Below, in pieces: positions 22,360 to 31,512 of a stretch of DNA of 64,000 bases (position 1 is its first letter; each line of letters starts with the position of its first letter). This stretch comes from Gelidibacter sp. (GTDB taxonomy: Bacteria > Bacteroidota > Bacteroidia > Flavobacteriales > Flavobacteriaceae). Location: NCBI RefSeq assembly GCF_035515035.1, contig NZ_DATJCA010000041.1, positions 1,705 through 65,704 on the forward strand, written 5' to 3'. A program made the translations under genes and the position numbers. Under the pieces are notes generated by a model. The model did no database searches. It was given only the letters and a program-made list of their open reading frames with translations, and was not told the DNA's origin.

Positions 22360-22424
22360 TTAATTCGCCGAAAGCGCAATTATCCTTTCTAATCTTATGA
22401 TTAATTAAAACTAAAACACTTAAA

Positions 22425-22880
22425 ATGAAAAAAACTATCATCAACACCTTATGCATCACCCTTGTTTTCCTCATAACAAGTTGTAATTCTGGAAAGAAAA
22501 AAGAAACACAAGTTATTGAGGAACCACAACAAGAAATAGAAATGGAAGCTACTGGCGACAACAGTATGACCTCCTTAGATTGGGATGGCGTATATGAAGG
22601 CGAATTGCCTTGTGCAGATTGTGAAGGCATCAAAACCGTAGTCACAATCAACAGCGACAAGACCTATACCATACAAGAAACCTATTTAGGAAAAGAAACG
22701 ACACCAATTGAAACTAAAGGTACTTTTGAATGGGATGACCAAGGTCAAAAAATTATCTTATCAAATGACAGAAATCCTTTCTTTGTTGGCGAAAACACTC
22801 TGACCCTTTTGGACAGTGATGGCAACAAAAATACTGGAGAACTCGAATCCTTTTACGTTTTGAGAAAAGTCATGGATTAA
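22425..22880 (+). CDS. NlpE N-terminal domain (copper resistance) lipoprotein
   Basis: Lipobox ITSC; SLDWDGVYEGELPCADCEGI. Confidence 0.9.
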   Translation: MKKTIINTLCITLVFLITSCNSGKKKETQVIEEPQQEIEMEATGDNSMTSLDWDGVYEGELPCADCEGIKTVVTINSDKTYTIQETYLGKETTPIETKGTFEWDDQGQKIILSNDRNPFFVGENTLTLLDSDGNKNTGELESFYVLRKVMD

Positions 22881-22905
22881 TCCAAAATCACAAAATATAA
22901 AATTA

Positions 22906-22937
22906 AGAACTGTTTGAAATTTCAAGCAGTTTTTTTT
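22906..22937 (+). terminator. Intrinsic terminator
   Basis: AACTGTTTGAA-AT-TTCAAGCAGTT followed by a T-run. Confidence 0.7.
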
Positions 22938-22976
22938 ATCTTCTTATCTTTACAACTCATTCTTTAAAGCCTTTAC

Positions 22977-25100
22977 ATGTCATTGATTTCTTATATCATT
23001 TCCCAAACAAAACTTCCAGAACTCTCGGTAAAAAATACGGTCGAATTATTAAATGAAGATGCCACCATTCCGTTTATTTCGCGATATCGAAAGGAACGCA
23101 CAGGCAATCTTGATGAAGTGCAGATTGGTGATATTGTAAAATATAAGGAGCAATTTGAAGCGCTCGAAAAACGTAAAACGGCAGTTTTAAAAGCGATTGA
23201 AGAGCAAGATGCCTTAACTCCTGAATTAAAACAAAAAATTGAATCCGTCCAGGATTTGACGGCGCTGGAAGATTTATATCTCCCCTTCAAGAAAAGCAGG
23301 AAAACAAAGGCTGAAACGGCGCGACAAAACGGTTTGGAACCTTTGGCCAAAATAATTATGAGTCAAAATGCGTCAGATTTGGGATCGATTGCATTTAAAT
23401 ACATTAAAGGTAATATCGCTTCCGCAGATGACGCTCTGGAAGGCGCCCGGCATATAATTGCGGAATGGATCAATGAACGTACCGATATTAGAACTAACAT
23501 CCGTCACCAATTGGAGCGTTTTGCGATGATCTCCACAAAAGTTGTTAAGTCCAAAATAGAAGACGAAGACGCACAAAAATTCCGTGATTATTTTGATTGG
23601 GAAGAGTCATTGAGCCGCATACCATCGCATCGATTATTAGCTATTTTGAGAGCCGAAACCGAAGGCTTTATCAAATCTAAAATCACCATTGACGATGATA
23701 AAGCATTGACGAAAATTGAAGACCGAATCATCCGCGCAAATAACGAAAGTACTGAACACATAAAAATGGCCATTCAGGATGCTTATAAACGATTGCTCCT
23801 ACCTTCCCTTTCAAACGAAGCCCTTCAAAATGCCAAAATTAAAGCTGATGAAGCCGCCATTTCGGTATTTGCAAAAAACTTAAAACAATTGCTTTTGGGC
23901 TCCCCCTTAGGCGAAAAGCGAATTTTAGCCATCGATCCTGGATTTAGATCAGGATGTAAAGTGGTGTGTCTCGATGCTCAAGGCGGATTGCTTTACAACG
24001 AAACCATTTATCCGCATCCTCCAAAAAACGATACCCTTGGGGCGATGAAAAAAATAAGCTCGCTATCCGAAGCTTACCAAATTGAAGCTATTGCTATTGG
24101 TAATGGCACCGCATCTAGAGAAACAGAAGCGTTTATCAGAAAAATAAGGTTTAAAGACGACATTCAGGTTTTTGTAGTCAGTGAAGCTGGTGCGAGTATT
24201 TACTCGGCTTCAAAAATCGCACGTGATGAATTTCCCAATTATGATGTCACCGTTAGAGGATCGGTTTCCATTGGCAGACGACTTCAGGATCCCTTGGCAG
24301 AGTTGGTGAAAATTGACGCTAAGTCTATTGGTGTTGGACAATATCAGCATGATGTGGATCAAACAAAGCTTAAAAAAGAATTGGACGTCGTAGTGGAAAG
24401 TTGCGTGAATGCCGTTGGCGTTAACCTCAACACCGCCAGTGCAAGTTTGTTGAGTTATGTGTCTGGAATCGGGCCAAAATTAGCGGAGAATATTGTCAAT
24501 TATCGCGACGAGCATGGCGCTTTTTCATCAAGAAAAGACATCCAAAAAGTGCCGCGCTTAGGGGCTAAAGCTTTTGAACAAGGTGCTGGATTTTTAAGGG
24601 TCAAATCGGCTAAAAACCCCTTGGATGATTCTGCTGTACATCCTGAAAGCTATTCCATAGTTGAAAAAATGGCAAAAGATTTGGGCAAGGAAGTGTCTGA
24701 TTTAATCGGTAATACATCCGAACTTCAAAAACTCGATTTGAAAAAATATTGTACAGATACTGTTGGATTGCCTACACTTCAGGACATTATTAAAGAATTG
24801 GAAAAACCAGGATTGGACATTCGGGAGCAAGCCAAAGTTTTCACTTTCAACCAAAATATCAAAACGATCAACGATTTGGAAGAAGGTCAATTATTACCTG
24901 GAATTATTAACAACGTGACCAATTTTGGTGCGTTTGTAGATATCGGTATCAAAGAAAGTGGCCTGATCCATGTATCTAATTTATCGGATACTTTCGTTAC
25001 GGATGTGAATGCCCATGTGGCCTTACATCAACAAGTGATCGTTAAGGTTTTGGACGTCGATATTCCGCGAAAGCGTATCCAACTAAAGTTGCAAAAATAA
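22977..25100 (+). CDS. tex: Tex family RNA-binding transcriptional accessory protein
   Basis: TIPFISRYRKE, AIDPGFRSGCK, SIGVGQYQHD, HhH motifs, C-terminal S1 domain. Confidence 0.96.
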   Translation: MSLISYIISQTKLPELSVKNTVELLNEDATIPFISRYRKERTGNLDEVQIGDIVKYKEQFEALEKRKTAVLKAIEEQDALTPELKQKIESVQDLTALEDLYLPFKKSRKTKAETARQNGLEPLAKIIMSQNASDLGSIAFKYIKGNIASADDALEGARHIIAEWINERTDIRTNIRHQLERFAMISTKVVKSKIEDEDAQKFRDYFDWEESLSRIPSHRLLAILRAETEGFIKSKITIDDDKALTKIEDRIIRANNESTEHIKMAIQDAYKRLLLPSLSNEALQNAKIKADEAAISVFAKNLKQLLLGSPLGEKRILAIDPGFRSGCKVVCLDAQGGLLYNETIYPHPPKNDTLGAMKKISSLSEAYQIEAIAIGNGTASRETEAFIRKIRFKDDIQVFVVSEAGASIYSASKIARDEFPNYDVTVRGSVSIGRRLQDPLAELVKIDAKSIGVGQYQHDVDQTKLKKELDVVVESCVNAVGVNLNTASASLLSYVSGIGPKLAENIVNYRDEHGAFSSRKDIQKVPRLGAKAFEQGAGFLRVKSAKNPLDDSAVHPESYSIVEKMAKDLGKEVSDLIGNTSELQKLDLKKYCTDTVGLPTLQDIIKELEKPGLDIREQAKVFTFNQNIKTINDLEEGQLLPGIINNVTNFGAFVDIGIKESGLIHVSNLSDTFVTDVNAHVALHQQVIVKVLDVDIPRKRIQLKLQK

Positions 25101-25104
25101 CAAC

Positions 25105-26061
25105 TTATTGCAGTTCCTTGCTTACAAGATACGTGGTATAACCTATAAACACCAACAAAAGGATTCCGGCTTCCCAGCGGTCTAAAGTTTTTTTCTTACC
25201 GGTAAACATGGCCACAAACAAAAACAAAGTCCCGCCCAATAAGAGGTAAATATCGGTATTGAACACCGTACTGAATGTAATTGGCCGCACAAGGGAACTC
25301 ACCGAAAGGATCAGGAAAATGTTAAAAATATTGGAGCCAATAATATTTCCGATAGCAATATCACTATTTTTTTTCATGGCTGCCACTACTGAAGTCATCA
25401 ATTCTGGCAAAGAAGTGCCGGCCGCAATAATGGTAAGTCCTATAATCTTCTCGCTCACCCCCAAATCGCTTGCGATAGAAACCGCATTGTCCACAATTAA
25501 TTTTCCACCAATAACCAAACCGATCAAACCCAAAACAATCAATCCCCAAATTTTGTAGTTGGAGGCTTTAATGATTACAACCTCTTCAGTAGAGGGATCA
25601 CTTTTCATTTGTTTATAAATATAAAATAAGAAAAGTAAAAACATTATGAGAAAGATTATCCCGTCAATTCTTGATAATCCCATATCAGAAAACAAATAGC
25701 CATTGGCTAGCACCAGAAAGACTACAGCCGCTAAAAATGAAATGGGAATTTCCTTCCAAACGGTTGAGGATTGTACAGCAATCGGAAAAATAAGACCCAC
25801 AATACCTAAAATCATGAACAGATTAAAGTTATTGCTCCCGATGATATTACCCAGAACAATATCTGAATGGTTTTCAAAAGAAGCCACGGTATTTACTACC
25901 AATTCTGGAGCAGAAGTTCCAAAGGCTACAATGGTCAACCCAATGGCCAAATCTGGAATTCTATTCTTTTTTGCCAATAGCGTAGAACCATTGACCATCC
26001 AGTCTGCACCTTTTATTAAAAGGACAAAACCCACAATAATAAGAAAACCATCGAGCAACAT
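25105..26061 (-). CDS. Calcium/sodium antiporter (CaCA, YrbG-like)
   Basis: Two alpha repeats: GTSAPE...GNIIGSN and GTSLPE...GNIIGSNIFN. Confidence 0.93.
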   Translation of the reverse strand: MLLDGFLIIVGFVLLIKGADWMVNGSTLLAKKNRIPDLAIGLTIVAFGTSAPELVVNTVASFENHSDIVLGNIIGSNNFNLFMILGIVGLIFPIAVQSSTVWKEIPISFLAAVVFLVLANGYLFSDMGLSRIDGIIFLIMFLLFLFYIYKQMKSDPSTEEVVIIKASNYKIWGLIVLGLIGLVIGGKLIVDNAVSIASDLGVSEKIIGLTIIAAGTSLPELMTSVVAAMKKNSDIAIGNIIGSNIFNIFLILSVSSLVRPITFSTVFNTDIYLLLGGTLFLFVAMFTGKKKTLDRWEAGILLLVFIGYTTYLVSKELQ

Positions 26062-26131
26062 AACCTATTTATTTATCATCAAAAGTAGCGGAAAAACTGA
26101 CACGAAATAGGGTGTTATAATTATTTTATAT

Positions 26132-26199
26132 AAAAAAACCATCCCTGTATTTCTTCCATTTTGAAGAAGTCAAAAGGTCGAAAAGAGATGGTTCTTTTT
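26132..26199 (-). terminator. Long imperfect hairpin, probable terminator
   Basis: AACCATC...GATGGTT arms with an inner CTTC/GAAG stem, flanked by A and T runs. Confidence 0.45.
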
Positions 26200-26212
26200 G
26201 CGTTTGCATTAG

Positions 26213-26716
26213 TTATGCCGCTACGACATTATTCTTGTTGTACTTATGTTTATTAATAAGTGCCAACCATTTTTCGGCGCGCGCCACCTCTTGGTTTTGA
26301 GAGAAATTATCGTCATTATTATATAACGTTATGGTCACCGGCGGTCTATTGGACACAAAAGTGAACTCTAATTCAAGACGCATCATTTCAGAATAGTGCT
26401 TATCACCATTTTTATAATCTTTATTTATTTTATTGATGACACATTTTCTGACATCATCCAACTCTACTTTTTCAAATTCAGAATCTGGTGTGTTCAAGTT
26501 GTTATGTAGTAATGTGTTTTCTTGGGCATCATAACCCAAGCAGTGATTATTCCAATATTCTACCTGCGATAGGTTAAGATTTTGTGCCTGGGCAATTTTT
26601 TGAAATGCTTTCTTCTTTTTAGAAACAGCACTTCTTTCAGCCATGATAAACCAGGCGAAAGGTACGATGACGATGAGTACGACGACTAACATCACCACAT
26701 TTAATGAGATATCCAT
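26213..26716 (-). CDS. Hypothetical single-pass membrane protein
   Basis: N-terminal TM helix followed by a basic patch and a beta-rich soluble domain. Confidence 0.7.
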   Translation of the reverse strand: MDISLNVVMLVVVLIVIVPFAWFIMAERSAVSKKKKAFQKIAQAQNLNLSQVEYWNNHCLGYDAQENTLLHNNLNTPDSEFEKVELDDVRKCVINKINKDYKNGDKHYSEMMRLELEFTFVSNRPPVTITLYNNDDNFSQNQEVARAEKWLALINKHKYNKNNVVAA

Positions 26717-26798
26717 TGTTTTATGTTTTTAAATGATAATATAAACTTGAAGAGATGCGATTAGGCATCTTAGATTTTAAACGAGAAGAAAAATCAGT

Positions 26799-27146
26799 TT
26801 ATGTAAAACAATGAAAAGGAAAAATAATGTCCTTGATAGTGAAGTTGACCACAATTTGTTGACCAATGGTGTAATAAGAAAGCGAATAGGACGATTGAGG
26901 AGTTGGGCTGCTATCTGGTTTACTTGGCTGAGTGAAGGTTTTTACTGGTGGCGTCTCATGGGTTGACGACTGGTTGACTTCAAAAACCGCATCCAAAAAT
27001 AACGGACTATGATCATGGTCGTCCGTGGCAGAAATGTTGTCTACGGGTGTATATGACGCACTTGGCAATGTTCCTAGATCATTAGATCCGAACAACATCA
27101 ACCATCCGAAAAGATAAAATATAATACCTTTTAAAGCGAACATCAT
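26799..27146 (-). CDS. Small hypothetical protein: signal/TM segment, low-complexity linker, IIFPFHCFT C-terminus
   Basis: ORF track; own TATCTTTG -7 element at 27162-27169 (minus strand). Confidence 0.65.
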   Translation of the reverse strand: MMFALKGIIFYLFGWLMLFGSNDLGTLPSASYTPVDNISATDDHDHSPLFLDAVFEVNQSSTHETPPVKTFTQPSKPDSSPTPQSSYSLSYYTIGQQIVVNFTIKDIIFPFHCFT

Positions 27147-27367
27147 CGTGTTTTTACATTACAAAGATAAGTTATAGGGATGTTAAAAAAATCAAAACCT
27201 CTGCAATTAATTTCACCGCAGAAAACAAGTATAAAAAAGAATACCTACGGTGCCCAATATAGTTATCTGTTTTTTATCCAATTTTTAGGATAGATTTTTA
27301 TATTTTGCCACCTCGATCTTTGATAAGAGATCACCATCATCTCATTCCATTCCACAAGTTATTACTT

Positions 27368-28270
27368 ATGCTTAAAATAGCGTTCCATCCTATTTACAAC
27401 CATCCATTACCAGAAGGGCATCGGTTTCCAATGCTTAAATATGAATTGCTCCGAGACCAACTGTTATATGAAGGCACCTGTACCCGCAATAATTTTTTTG
27501 AGCCTACTTCGTTGGAGGATTCCTTTATTCTGAATGTTCATACTTCAGACTACTTTAACGATTTAAAAAACCTCACCTTAGATGCCAGGGCGGCACGTAA
27601 AATCGGATTTCCGCTAAGCGAAGAGTTGATCAAACGTGAAATCATTATTGCAGGCGGTACCGCAAAAGCGAGCGAATTCGCTATAAAAAACGGTATTTCT
27701 ATGAATATTGCTGGAGGTACCCACCACGCCTATTCCAATCGAGGTGAAGGATTTTGTATGCTGAACGATCAGGCTATCGGCGCGCGCTATCTTCAGGAAA
27801 AAAAGTTAGCGGAAAAAATTTTAATTGTCGATTTAGACGTGCACCAAGGGAACGGCACTGCTGAAATATTCCATAATGATCCATCGGTTTTTACGTTTTC
27901 GATGCATGGAAAAAGCAATTATCCATTTAAAAAAGAAATCAGCGATTTGGATATTGCTCTAGAAGATGGTTGTGATGATGACACCTATCTTTCGATCTTA
28001 AAAGATAATTTACCCAAGTTGATCCAAACTGAAAACCCAGATTTCATCTATTTTTTATGTGGTGTCGATGTGATTGCTTCCGACAAGTTGGGAAGATTGG
28101 ACCTATCCATAGAAGGTTGTAAAGAACGCGACCGTTATGTCCTACAAATCTGCAAGGATCATAAAATTCCCGTTATGTGCAGTATGGGCGGTGGTTATTC
28201 GCCAGAGATCAAAACTATTATTGACTCGCATGCCAACACGTTTCGATTGGCTCAAAGCATATTTTTCTGA
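27368..28270 (+). CDS. Histone deacetylase family protein
   Basis: GHRFP, GGTHHA, GFC, DLDVHQGNGT, GGGY. Start set at MLKIAFHP. Confidence 0.93.
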   Translation: MLKIAFHPIYNHPLPEGHRFPMLKYELLRDQLLYEGTCTRNNFFEPTSLEDSFILNVHTSDYFNDLKNLTLDARAARKIGFPLSEELIKREIIIAGGTAKASEFAIKNGISMNIAGGTHHAYSNRGEGFCMLNDQAIGARYLQEKKLAEKILIVDLDVHQGNGTAEIFHNDPSVFTFSMHGKSNYPFKKEISDLDIALEDGCDDDTYLSILKDNLPKLIQTENPDFIYFLCGVDVIASDKLGRLDLSIEGCKERDRYVLQICKDHKIPVMCSMGGGYSPEIKTIIDSHANTFRLAQSIFF

Positions 28271-28283
28271 AATTTCAATAAAA

Positions 28284-28343
28284 AAATTCCAAATCCCAAT
28301 GGTTTGCATTGGAATTTGGAATTTGAATATTGAAATTGAATTT
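28284..28343. repeat. Heptamer-built inverted repeat (probable bidirectional terminator)
   Basis: AAATTCC AAATCCC AAT-loop-ATT GGAATTT GGAATTT GAATATT GAAATTG between convergent genes. Confidence 0.65.
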
Positions 28344-28346
28344 CTC

Positions 28347-28682
28347 CTATTTCCCTCCCAATAGCAGGAGTTCATTACAGAACACTTCTGTGATATAATG
28401 CTTCTTGCCATCTTTATCGTCCCATGAGCGGTTGGTCAATTTACCTTCAATGGCGATTTCTTTGCCTTTGGCCACATATTTTTCTACAATTTCTACCAGA
28501 CCACCCCTTACTATAATGTTGTGCCAATAGGTGCGCTCCACTTTGGCGCCGTCTTTGTCTTTATAGCTGTCATCTGTAGCCATAGAGAATTTCGCCATTT
28601 TGTTTCCGTCAGGAAAGTTTACAATTTCAGGATCTTGTCCTAATCTTCCAATCAACTGTACTGTGTTTCTTAATGCGTTCAT
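28347..28682 (-). CDS. ssb: Single-stranded DNA-binding protein, OB fold only (no acidic tail)
   Basis: NTVQLIGRLGQDPE, FSMAT, WHNI, KGKEIAIEGKL..RSW; ends LLLLGGK. Confidence 0.92.
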   Translation of the reverse strand: MNALRNTVQLIGRLGQDPEIVNFPDGNKMAKFSMATDDSYKDKDGAKVERTYWHNIIVRGGLVEIVEKYVAKGKEIAIEGKLTNRSWDDKDGKKHYITEVFCNELLLLGGK

Positions 28683-28775
28683 GATTTCTAAAATTTAAAG
28701 GTTAAACAGTTAATACTATTGAATATCGTTCGGTCAATTCAACATTACAAAGATGCAATGGCTTCCTAATGTTAT

Positions 28776-28827
28776 TCGGTTGTTAACTAATTAAACTCGT
28801 TTGTAAATGATTGTAGTCGTTTGTAAA
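28776..28827. promoter_or_regulatory. Helically phased direct repeats, candidate operator
   Basis: TCGTTTGTAAA at 28797 and 28817, with related ATGATTGTAG at 28807 and TCGGTTGTTA at 28776. Confidence 0.55.
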
Positions 28828-28927
28828 CAGATAAAATTCACTTCAAAAAAACTATTTTAGAATAGACCGTTTGGTTGAAAAATAAGTACTTATCGCTAAC
28901 TTTACTTGAAACTTAAAATATAATATT

Positions 28928-29230
28928 ATGGCAGTAATTATGCATGTCGATTTTCCGCATAAGAATATTTGGGGAAAAGAAATGGCAATTCAAATGAAAG
29001 AACTTGCGGAAAGCATTAATAAGGAACCTGGTTTTATCTGGAAATTTTGGACAGAAAGCAAGAAAGACGACATGGCCGGAGGTGTTTATATGTTCGATTC
29101 TCGACAACATGCAGAGAACTATTTCAAAATGCATTCAGCAAGATTAAAGGAATTTGACTATTCAGATATCCGAGGAAATATTTTTGAAATAAATGATGAA
29201 CTTTCCACCCTAAATAAAGCGCCTTTTTAA
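28928..29230 (+). CDS. YdhR family putative monooxygenase
   Basis: LAESINKEPGFIWKFWTE...AGGVYMF...MHSARL. Confidence 0.9.
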   Translation: MAVIMHVDFPHKNIWGKEMAIQMKELAESINKEPGFIWKFWTESKKDDMAGGVYMFDSRQHAENYFKMHSARLKEFDYSDIRGNIFEINDELSTLNKAPF

Positions 29231-29269
29231 TTGATTTGATTTTATAATTATATCTATCTTATTTTACGG

Positions 29270-29325
29270 GGATGTTGTTCCTTCGAGTCAAGAACACAGA
29301 ATCATGAAATTGAAAGGTGCAACAT
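29270..29325. terminator. Long imperfect hairpin between convergent genes
   Basis: GATGTTGTTCCTTC ... GAAAGGTGCAACATC. Confidence 0.4.
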
Positions 29326-30423
29326 CTATTCCACCCGCTTCAGCGCCTCAAATAGCAATTTGGCTTTCTTGCCTTCTATAGTGCCGCGATCAGAATATAC
29401 TATAGTGCCCGCACTATTGATAACGAAATAGGACGGAAACGAACGCAAATCATAATGCTGATCAAAAATGGCATCACCTTGCAGGACCATGTAATTGATC
29501 TTTCCAGTTTTAACTGCCTGTCTGGTTTCCTCTAGATTATAATCAAAATTTACCGTGATGACTTTAATCTTGGTGCCAAATTCATTTTCTATTTCTTTGA
29601 CTTTTGGAAGGGATGCCATACAATGGCTGCACGACGATGTCCAAGCTTCCAAAAAGATTGGGGACCCTTGAAAATCCTTCAACGACACTTTTTTACCATC
29701 CAAATCCAATAAGGTCCAGGCAGGGGCTTTAATATTGAGCATCGGCTCTTTTTTAATTCCGAAAACAGAAGAAACATAGCCCTCCTTCTCCTTATGTGTA
29801 AAGGTATCGTCATCCATAACCTCATTAAATACAAGCGCGTCATAGACTATTTCTTTTTTACCAGAACCGTCATTAGCTATTTCAAGTTTTAAAGGAATCT
29901 CCAATTTGGTGTCTAACCAAATTTTGTATTTATCAAAGCTATATATATAGGCTGTTCTATCATTAAAATCCGTTTGTTCAACATAGACCATGTCCTCTTT
30001 AAATTGATTCATGAGTTTCGTCGTCACCAATAGATTATCATCATCTCCCATATATGCCTCCAAATATCTTGGAATAGAGCGGTCTTTGGCATAATCAAAG
30101 ATGGTAATTTTATTCTTTTTATCTTCTACCACAGCCAAAGAAGCGAGTTTATAAAAAATAGATATGTCTTGGTTCATTTCCTTGAAGAAAAACAGTTTTA
30201 AATGTGGCTCATAACCAACCTTCTTTAATTTATAAACGGTTTGGGTAGTTGGTTTGGAGGTATTGGATGTTGTGGATGTAAAACTTAAGGTCTCCCAAGT
30301 ATTCAATTTCTCCAAAGTTTTGGCCAATACCTCATCTGGAGAGGCTATTTTCTCCTTTCCTTCACAGGAGAATAAACTAAGAGCGACGGATAATACAAGC
30401 ACATATAATTTCATGAATCTCAA
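29326..30423 (-). CDS. Lipoprotein with C-terminal TlpA/redoxin domain
   Basis: Lipobox LFSC; APAWTLLDLDGKKVSL, WTSSCSHC, FPSYFVIN; N-terminal beta-rich LolA-like region (inferred). Confidence 0.85.
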   Translation of the reverse strand: MRFMKLYVLVLSVALSLFSCEGKEKIASPDEVLAKTLEKLNTWETLSFTSTTSNTSKPTTQTVYKLKKVGYEPHLKLFFFKEMNQDISIFYKLASLAVVEDKKNKITIFDYAKDRSIPRYLEAYMGDDDNLLVTTKLMNQFKEDMVYVEQTDFNDRTAYIYSFDKYKIWLDTKLEIPLKLEIANDGSGKKEIVYDALVFNEVMDDDTFTHKEKEGYVSSVFGIKKEPMLNIKAPAWTLLDLDGKKVSLKDFQGSPIFLEAWTSSCSHCMASLPKVKEIENEFGTKIKVITVNFDYNLEETRQAVKTGKINYMVLQGDAIFDQHYDLRSFPSYFVINSAGTIVYSDRGTIEGKKAKLLFEALKRVE

Positions 30424-30685
30424 ATTTTTAGCAAAAATGAAATTTACAGCCTTATTTACTATTAAAAAAACCTGAGCTTATTCTTTTGAAGAAATCAAAG
30501 AGGCTCCCCTACTTATACACTTCAAAACAGAGATGAAACATGACCTAATAAAAATGCAAAATCGCTGTTTAGAACTTTTATCCGACCCTTCTACGTGCGC
30601 TTCTAAAAACCTATAAGTTCTTTGGAGTCAAGGCATCCGTTTTAGATAAGCCAATAAAAACAAGCTTACTTTAAAGAACTTTTTA

Positions 30686-30796
30686 TATATTTAAGAGAAT
30701 TTAGCCATTGTGGACTGCAGAGCTTAATAGAGTTGTTAGGTTCATGAGTATAAACTAGAAACCCAGCTCCAAAACCGTCCGCATAGCTCGGGAAAG
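30686..30796 (+). promoter_or_regulatory. Putative ure promoter (TATATTTA) and structured 5' leader
   Basis: TGTGGAC (30709-15) pairs with GTCCGCA (30777-83); GAGTTG (30730-35) pairs with CAGCTC (30764-69). Confidence 0.45.
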
Positions 30797-30819
30797 ATTA
30801 AAAATAAAAACAGGGAATT

Positions 30820-31122
30820 ATGAAATTAACCTCAAGAGAAACAGAAAAACTCATGCTCTTTTTGGCGGGTGAACTTGCTGAAAAAAGAAAAGCGAGGGGT
30901 TTAAAATTAAACTATCCGGAATCCATAGCTTTAATAAGCGCAAGACTTCATGAATTAGCCCGTGATGGTAAGAAAGTAGCAGAACTCATGCAATTAGGGG
31001 CCACTTTTCTTACCCGAGAAGACGTGATGGAAGGTGTTCCTGAAATGGTCAAAGACATTCAAATTGAAGCCACTTTTCCCGATGGAACCAAGTTGGTAAC
31101 CGTAACCAATCCTATCCGTTAA
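30820..31122 (+). CDS. ureA: Urease gamma subunit
   Basis: [26 protein letters not shown]. Confidence 0.97.
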   Translation: MKLTSRETEKLMLFLAGELAEKRKARGLKLNYPESIALISARLHELARDGKKVAELMQLGATFLTREDVMEGVPEMVKDIQIEATFPDGTKLVTVTNPIR

Positions 31123-31137
31123 CAAAACTCAGAAACC

Positions 31138-31512
31138 ATGATACCAGGAGAATATATTTTAAAAGAAGAGGACATTGTTTGTAATGCAAAACAGGAAAGT
31201 ACCACTCTTAAAGTTATCAATACGGGAGATCGACCAGTACAGGTTGGGTCGCATTTTCATTTTTTTGAAGTCAATAAGGAAATTTCGTTCGATCGCGAAA
31301 AAGCCTTTGGAAAACGCATGGATATCCTATCGGGAACCGCAATACGCCTAGAGCCAGGAGAAGCTACTGAAGTACAATTAATAGATATTGGTGGAAACAG
31401 GAAGTTTTACGGCGCCAGTAATCTAACTCAAGGGGATACGACATCTAAAGAGAGCTTGGCAAAAGCCATGAAGAAAATGGAAGCAGAAAATTTTAAAAAC
31501 ATCAAATCATGA
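31138..31512 (+). CDS. ureB: Urease beta subunit
   Basis: [24 protein letters not shown]. Confidence 0.97.
   Translation: MIPGEYILKEEDIVCNAKQESTTLKVINTGDRPVQVGSHFHFFEVNKEISFDREKAFGKRMDILSGTAIRLEPGEATEVQLIDIGGNRKFYGASNLTQGDTTSKESLAKAMKKMEAENFKNIKS

Noticed and set aside
30736-30796. Guanidine-I (ykkC) or ZTP riboswitch in the ure leader (TAGGTTC, AGCTCGGGA, CCGTCCGC fragments)
   Set aside because: Only short word matches. The GGG partner and ACACGG segment of ykkC and the UGGCG/CGCC pseudoknot of ZTP are absent, and the spacing is too short. Kept only as an unassigned structured leader.
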